Below, piece by piece: positions 59,201 to 64,000 of a DNA stretch of 64,000 nucleotides (position 1 is its first letter; every line of letters starts with the position of its first letter). The notes under the pieces were generated by a model. It did no database searches, was not told where the DNA came from, and was given only the letters and a program-made list of their open reading frames with translations. The DNA comes from Eledone cirrhosa (lineage: Eukaryota). The stretch spans positions 299,274,001 through 299,338,000 of the forward strand of contig OZ024741.1 in assembly GCA_964016885.1 (NCBI GenBank). The letters are read 5' to 3'. A program made the position numbers and the translations under genes.

Positions 59201-59433
59201 ACAAATCAGTATTTGAACTCAGAACGCAATAAGTCTGAACAAATTTTGAAAGGCATCTCGTACGACCCGCTAACAATTATACCAATCCACCACACGGGGC
59301 TTGTTGTTTGAACGACTGAAAATCTAAGAGATGTCAATGACGAGATGTCAATTCAGTGCAAAGTTATACGGAACAAGAACTCATTAGAGAAGTATGTAAC
59401 AGTATATAGATTACTATATATATATATATATAT

Positions 59434-59462
59434 AAATAATAGGTCCATTCATGTTGACATCT

Positions 59463-59530
<68 letters not shown>

Positions 59531-59559
59531 AGATGTCAACATGAATGGACCTATTATTT
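59434..59559. repeat. Perfect palindrome centred on (TA)n
   Basis: AAATAATAGGTCCATTCATGTTGACATCTCT-(TA)n-AGAGATGTCAACATGAATGGACCTATTATTT. Confidence 0.95.
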
Positions 59560-59625
59560 TTATCTAAAGACATTTTTCGAATTCCATCCGGCCCGTCCCG
59601 TTAATCTATTTTATTTCTCATTTTT

Positions 59626-59661
59626 TCTTCTGATGAAGGACTAGCATCCGAAACGTTAAGA
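59626..59661 (+). ncRNA. Minimal type I hammerhead ribozyme in a pLTR-like repeat (59530-59755)
   Basis: TCTT-CTGATGA-(A)GGA-CTAGCA-TCC-GAAA-CGTT-AAGA with palindromic AACGTT. Confidence 0.78.
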
Positions 59662-59765
59662 CCCTCTTCCTGCTATATCAAGCGATAACCTAATATATAC
59701 CTTCCATATACTGTACCGATTGTGTTGTTAGTTCTGTTTACCTTTTACATACTATACCCCCCCCC

Positions 59766-59830
<65 letters not shown>

Positions 59831-59839
<9 letters not shown>

Positions 59840-60121
59840 AAACGAATAATCAGTGATGCATCTGAACTCAATTTATTGTGTGTTACAATTGTTTCGTCGG
59901 CGGACAGCTCGAGACGCGATTATTGTGCGGATCTTCTCTGGAAAGAATATGCTCTGGAGAGAATATGCTCCGAAATCATTAGACGTGTCCGTCGAACCTG
60001 CAGGTCCAGAATCAGACAGATCCACACAATGATCGCGTCTCGAGTTGTCCGCCGGCGTACCAATTGTAACCCACAATAAATTGAGTTCAGATGCATCACT
60101 GATTTTGCGTTTTATATTATA
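59831..60121. repeat. ~100-bp inverted repeat with ~85-bp spacer, PLE-like fold-back
   Basis: 59831-59934 vs 60018-60121; starts in (TA)n; possible decayed hammerhead at ~60133-60160. Confidence 0.88.
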
Positions 60122-60194
60122 TCATACTCTGCTCTGTAAGAGCATAGAGTGCTCAACCGGCATACCACCTATGGACGCATCTTAGCTACCATCA

Positions 60195-60311
<117 letters not shown>

Positions 60312-60784
60312 ACACACACATATATATATATATAACTTTTCGAAATCATGAAATCTAAGGATATCCTATTAAATAAGCGACAGGAATTAATTATATCTTG
60401 CAATCATAGAATTAGAAGAACCTTCAAATATTATAAACCTAATTAATATAAACCTTACTCTTATATTTTACAAATTATTATATTTGTTTTTTTAAATTTT
60501 TAATTTAGTTAACCTATAATAAGCATTTTACTACGGAGAACTTCATATTTTTATTTCCCTCCTACAGCTCTCTTTTCCTAAAATTATTTTAAACCACACT
60601 ACTTTATTTAATCGCATCCCCTATTTATCACATTTAATACCTATGATTATTAAATATAATTAATATCTTTAATATCATCAATGTGCGTATAGATACAATA
60701 CTTTTTAAAAAACATTTTTATCTACTTCAGTTTTTCCATATATTTATTTTTTATTTTTATTGCTTTAATTTCTTACTTCTTTAT

Positions 60785-61345
60785 TTATCACATTCATATG
60801 AATTATTATAATTTTATCCCTGTAAGTATACCTATAAATTAATTTAAGTTCCTGTTATGTATTTAGATTCCTTGTAGTTTAAATAAGATTGGTATTTCTC
60901 ACTAATACCCTTATCCCACAATTTTATTTTCCTTCGTTTTTAACAACACTCTTTAATAAGTTTTTATTTATCACATCAAGTTTTTATTTATCACATTCGT
61001 ATGAATTAATATAACTTTATCCTTGTAAGTATACTTATCAATTAATTTAATTTCCTGTTATGTATTTAGATTCCTTGTAGTTTAAATAAGATTGGTATTT
61101 CTCACTAATACCCTTATACGGAAATTTTATTTTCCTTCGTTTTTAACAACACTCTTTAATAAAATCAATCTTCTATTTATCACATTCGTATGAATTAATA
61201 TAACTTTATCCCTGTAAGTATACCTATCAATTAAATTAATTTCTTGTTATATATCTAGATTCCTTGTGTTTTAAATAAGATAAGTATTTCTTACTAATAT
61301 CCTTACCCAAAAATTTTATTATACTTCGGTTTTAACAATATTATT
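60785..61345. repeat. ~190-bp tandem repeat, three copies, within the PLE 3' UTR
   Basis: TTTATCACATTC.TATGAATTA...TTTTAACAACACTCTTTAATAA at about 60785, 60988 and 61176. Confidence 0.92.
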
Positions 61346-61349
61346 TAAC

Positions 61350-61542
61350 AGGGCGGTGGATTGGCAGTATCGGTACAGGGTCGGACGCCATTTTTTGACG
61401 TATAGAGTTACGGCCCTTTCCATTCTGAGTTCAAATCCCGCCGAGGTTAACTTTGCCTTTCATCCTTACGGGGTCGATAAAATAAAGTACCAGTAATGCA
61501 CTGGGTATTTGCTGGCCCTGTGCCAAAAGTAGAAACAATTAT
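61350..61542 (+). mobile_element. tRNA-derived SINE (full length)
   Basis: Family match; flanked by TTATTTAA-like sequence. Confidence 0.92.
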
Positions 61543-61772
61543 TTAATAACATCAAATTTTCGTGTACCCTTCACTATCTTCTTGACTTGACCTCATTTCA
61601 TCTCCATAGTATTCTTTTCATTCAAAGCATAAGTCTGCACTCCTATACCCCTAGATTTATTTTCTACTACTGTCATTCTATCAACTTGACCTCATTTTCT
61701 ATTGGTCAATTCAAAACCTGTTCCCAAACAGACCGTATATATTAATTCTTTGTTTTTTTCAATAAACACATC

Positions 61773-61908
61773 TCATCATTTCTGAGGACGGCATGTATAT
61801 GTGAAGGTATGCATATTTCCTCTGGTAATTTGTAATATTTTTACATAGATATATATGATATACATACCAACACAGATATACATCCCAGAAACGATCGTAA
61901 AATGATGA
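61773..61908 (+). ncRNA. Type I hammerhead ribozyme with ~100-nt stem II domain
   Basis: Stem I TCATCATTT/AAATGATGA (9 bp), CTGAGGA at 61782, ATGTATAT/ATATACAT in stem II, GAAA at 61888, palindromic ACGATCGT, triplet GTA. Confidence 0.82.
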
Positions 61909-61957
61909 ATTTTTTAATATAAGGAACTTGTTCTTTGTGTTTATTTCATTGTTTTTA

Positions 61958-61993
<36 letters not shown>

Positions 61994-62055
61994 CATACAT
62001 ATATATATATATATACATATATATATGTGTATATATACATGTATGTGCATATACA

Positions 62056-62140
<85 letters not shown>

Positions 62141-62466
62141 TTATTTATATATATATAATTAGAAACTGGAGTTAACACTATAATTTAATGAGCTCAAGGT
62201 ATAGAATCCCACCTCTTATTACAGGGGATATGTGTTCAATTACCAGAGCGAAAGTGATGGAGAATACATATCAATTAAAAGAATAAATTAAAATGCACAA
62301 ACCAACCTTTTATAACTATATACACCTGGACAAACTCTAATAAGCGAATGTTTCGCCATAAATGATGAAGATTCCCTACAGCAGAGGGCTTCTCAACAGG
62401 TGTACAACACTATATTATATTATTATATTATTATTATTAATATATTATGTTATTTATATATATATA

Positions 62467-62529
<63 letters not shown>

Positions 62530-62532
<3 letters not shown>

Positions 62533-62723
62533 CAAAGGAGGTGTGGCAAGGATCCAGATGTACCATAACGTACCTGAGTACTCAATACTCAGGGTAGTAG
62601 AGTGGGTAATAGGTAAATATTTTACCCCGACGGCAGGGCTCAACCAGTTTCGACGGCTATTTCAGTCCAGAAATACCCGTGGAAACGGCTTCAGCTCTGC
62701 CGTCGGGGTCAAACATTTTCCTA
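62530..62723. mobile_element. Hairpin-headed repeat family, fold-back copy
   Basis: Antisense body 62530-62663 turning at CAGTCCAG into sense 62670-62723. Confidence 0.8.
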
Positions 62724-62754
62724 TATACACACAGACACACATATATATATATAT

Positions 62755-63741
62755 AATTAGAAATTAAAAATTATAAGCTTTCACCGTATTTCAGACTAAA
62801 GACATTTCTAGCCTGATAGTGGGGTTAATAACCCTCGGAGAAATGGAAAAAGATGAGTGTTGCCGTACATGGGAGTCGAACCAATATATTTGGTTATCCG
62901 GACAACTGTGCTACCATTACACCAATACACATCCCGTCTCCTTCCATTCGAATTAGAAGCTATGAACTTAGCAAGTGAATGATAAACAAGCAAATTATAA
63001 ATGTAAACATGTAAGTATGTTTTTGAAACGGTGCGCGAGTTTGAAAACTAGAAATTAGAAATTATAAGCTTTCACCGTATTTTAGACTAAAGAAATTTCT
63101 AGCCTGATAGTGGGGTTTATAACCCTCGGAGAAATGGAAAACGATGAGCGTTGCCGTACATGGGAGTCGAACCCACATCTTTGGTTATCCGGACCACTGT
63201 GATTCCATTAACATACCGTTTCAAAAACATACTTACATGTTTACATTTATAATTTGCTTGTTTATCATTCACTTGCTAAGTTCATAGCTTCTAATTCGAA
63301 TGGAAGGAGACGAGATGTGTATTGGTGTAATGGTAGCACAGTGGTCCGGATAACCAAAGATGTGCGTTCGACTCCCATGTATGGCAACACTCATCTTTTT
63401 CCATTTCTCCGAGGGTTATAAAGCCCACTATCAGGCTAGAAATTTCTTTAGTCTAAAATACGGTGAAAGCTTATAATTTCTAATTTCTAATTTTCAAACT
63501 CGCGCACCGTTTCAAAAACATACTTACATGTTTACATTTATAATTTGCTTGTTTATCATTCACTTTCTAAGTTCATAGCTTCAAATTCGAAAGGAAGGAG
63601 ACGGGATGTGTATTGGTGTAATGGTAGCACAGTGGTCCGGATAACCAACGATGTGGGTTCGACTCCCATGTACGGCAACACTCATCTTTTTCCATTTCTC
63701 CGAGGGTTATAAACCCCACTATCAGGCTAGAAATTTCTTTA
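62755..63741. mobile_element. Inverted + tandem array of a ~291-bp tRNA-cloverleaf-bearing unit
   Basis: Antisense units 62755-~63212, sense units ~63214-63741; period 291. Confidence 0.92.
63607..63677 (+). tRNA. tRNA-like cloverleaf (repeat-borne, probably not a translating tRNA); further copies at 63316-63386(+), 62861-62931(-), 63152-63212(-, partial)
   Basis: D arm GTGT-AATGGTA-GCAC, anticodon arm (G)TGGT-CCGGATA-ACCA, T arm GTGGG-TTCGACT-CCCAT, partial acceptor stem, TTTTT ~10 nt downstream. Confidence 0.6.
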
Positions 63742-64000
63742 GGAAGCAAGTGTTAGTGCCTCCTTAAGGAACGAACTGGCACGTATCCGGAACAAATGCA
63801 CCGACGCTAGAGACCGAGACACACACACCACACATTTCCTGGAAGTACTCAAACTGAACGGATACACGACATCCACCACAAACCGTGCCAGAAAGAACGG
63901 AGGACACCACACCCGAGGCACTAACACTTGCTTCCTGAAGCTCCCACACTTCAGTGAAGAAACAACAACAGCCATCCGCAGAGTTATCAGACGAGAGGGA
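63741..64000 (+). mobile_element. PLE reverse-transcriptase thumb fragment, running off the window
   Basis: Open frame 63761-64000 SLRNELARIRNKC...FLEVLKLNGY...FLKLPHFSEETTTAIRRVIRREG (L..NGY and LP motifs); begins with a 22-bp inverted copy of 63915-63936. Confidence 0.72.

Larger units (their letters stand above)
60328..61960 (+). mobile_element. 5'-truncated third Nematis-like PLE (endonuclease C-terminus, long 3' UTR, hammerhead)
   Basis: LFEIMKSKDILLNKRQELIISCNHR at ~60336-60410; hammerhead at 61773-61908; bounded by microsatellites. Confidence 0.7.

Noticed and set aside
62345-62400. Antisense hammerhead-like motif
   Set aside because: Core reads CTGTTGA and stem I is not supported
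63400-63480. Hammerhead in the tRNA-bearing unit (GAAAGCTTA palindrome)
   Set aside because: Resembles a 3' half, but no consistent CUGANGA or stem I partner could be placed
63316-63677. Functional tRNA-Ser(GGA) genes
   Set aside because: Short variable arm, mismatched acceptor stem, C at position 33 in these copies, and location inside a mobile repeat

Overview
AT-rich, microsatellite-saturated metazoan genomic DNA. The (TA)n/(CA)n/(TACA)n density and the dominant tRNA-derived SINE resemble coleoid cephalopod (octopus-like) genomes, but that assignment is inference. No intact protein-coding gene is visible and most ORF-track entries are microsatellite artefacts. The window is a transposon graveyard. 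It holds R4/Dong-clade RLE LINEs inserted in (TACA)n (6.6-10.4, 21.0-22.7, 28.7-30.5 kb, plus a fragment at 55.3-56.0 kb), a ~500-bp (TACA)n-associated non-coding element, CRE and Tx1/L1 3' fragments, a deleted DD37D (maT) transposon, a Helitron 3' end and more than 12 SINE copies. It also holds at least five Penelope-like element (PLE) families, recognised by GIY-YIG or RT-thumb remnants, inverted/tandem pseudo-LTRs and type I hammerhead ribozymes. The most unusual observations are: (1) a ~291-bp unit carrying a near-complete tRNA cloverleaf plus T-run terminator, amplified in PLE-style inverted+tandem arrays and joined directly to a PLE RT fragment; (2) a diverse hammerhead set, including a thrice-conserved CAGAAGA core variant; (3) pervasive fold-back palindromes, some nested over kilobases and apparently including flanking DNA; (4) a candidate RFX/NRF1 promoter with first exons on the minus strand near 58.5-59.2 kb.
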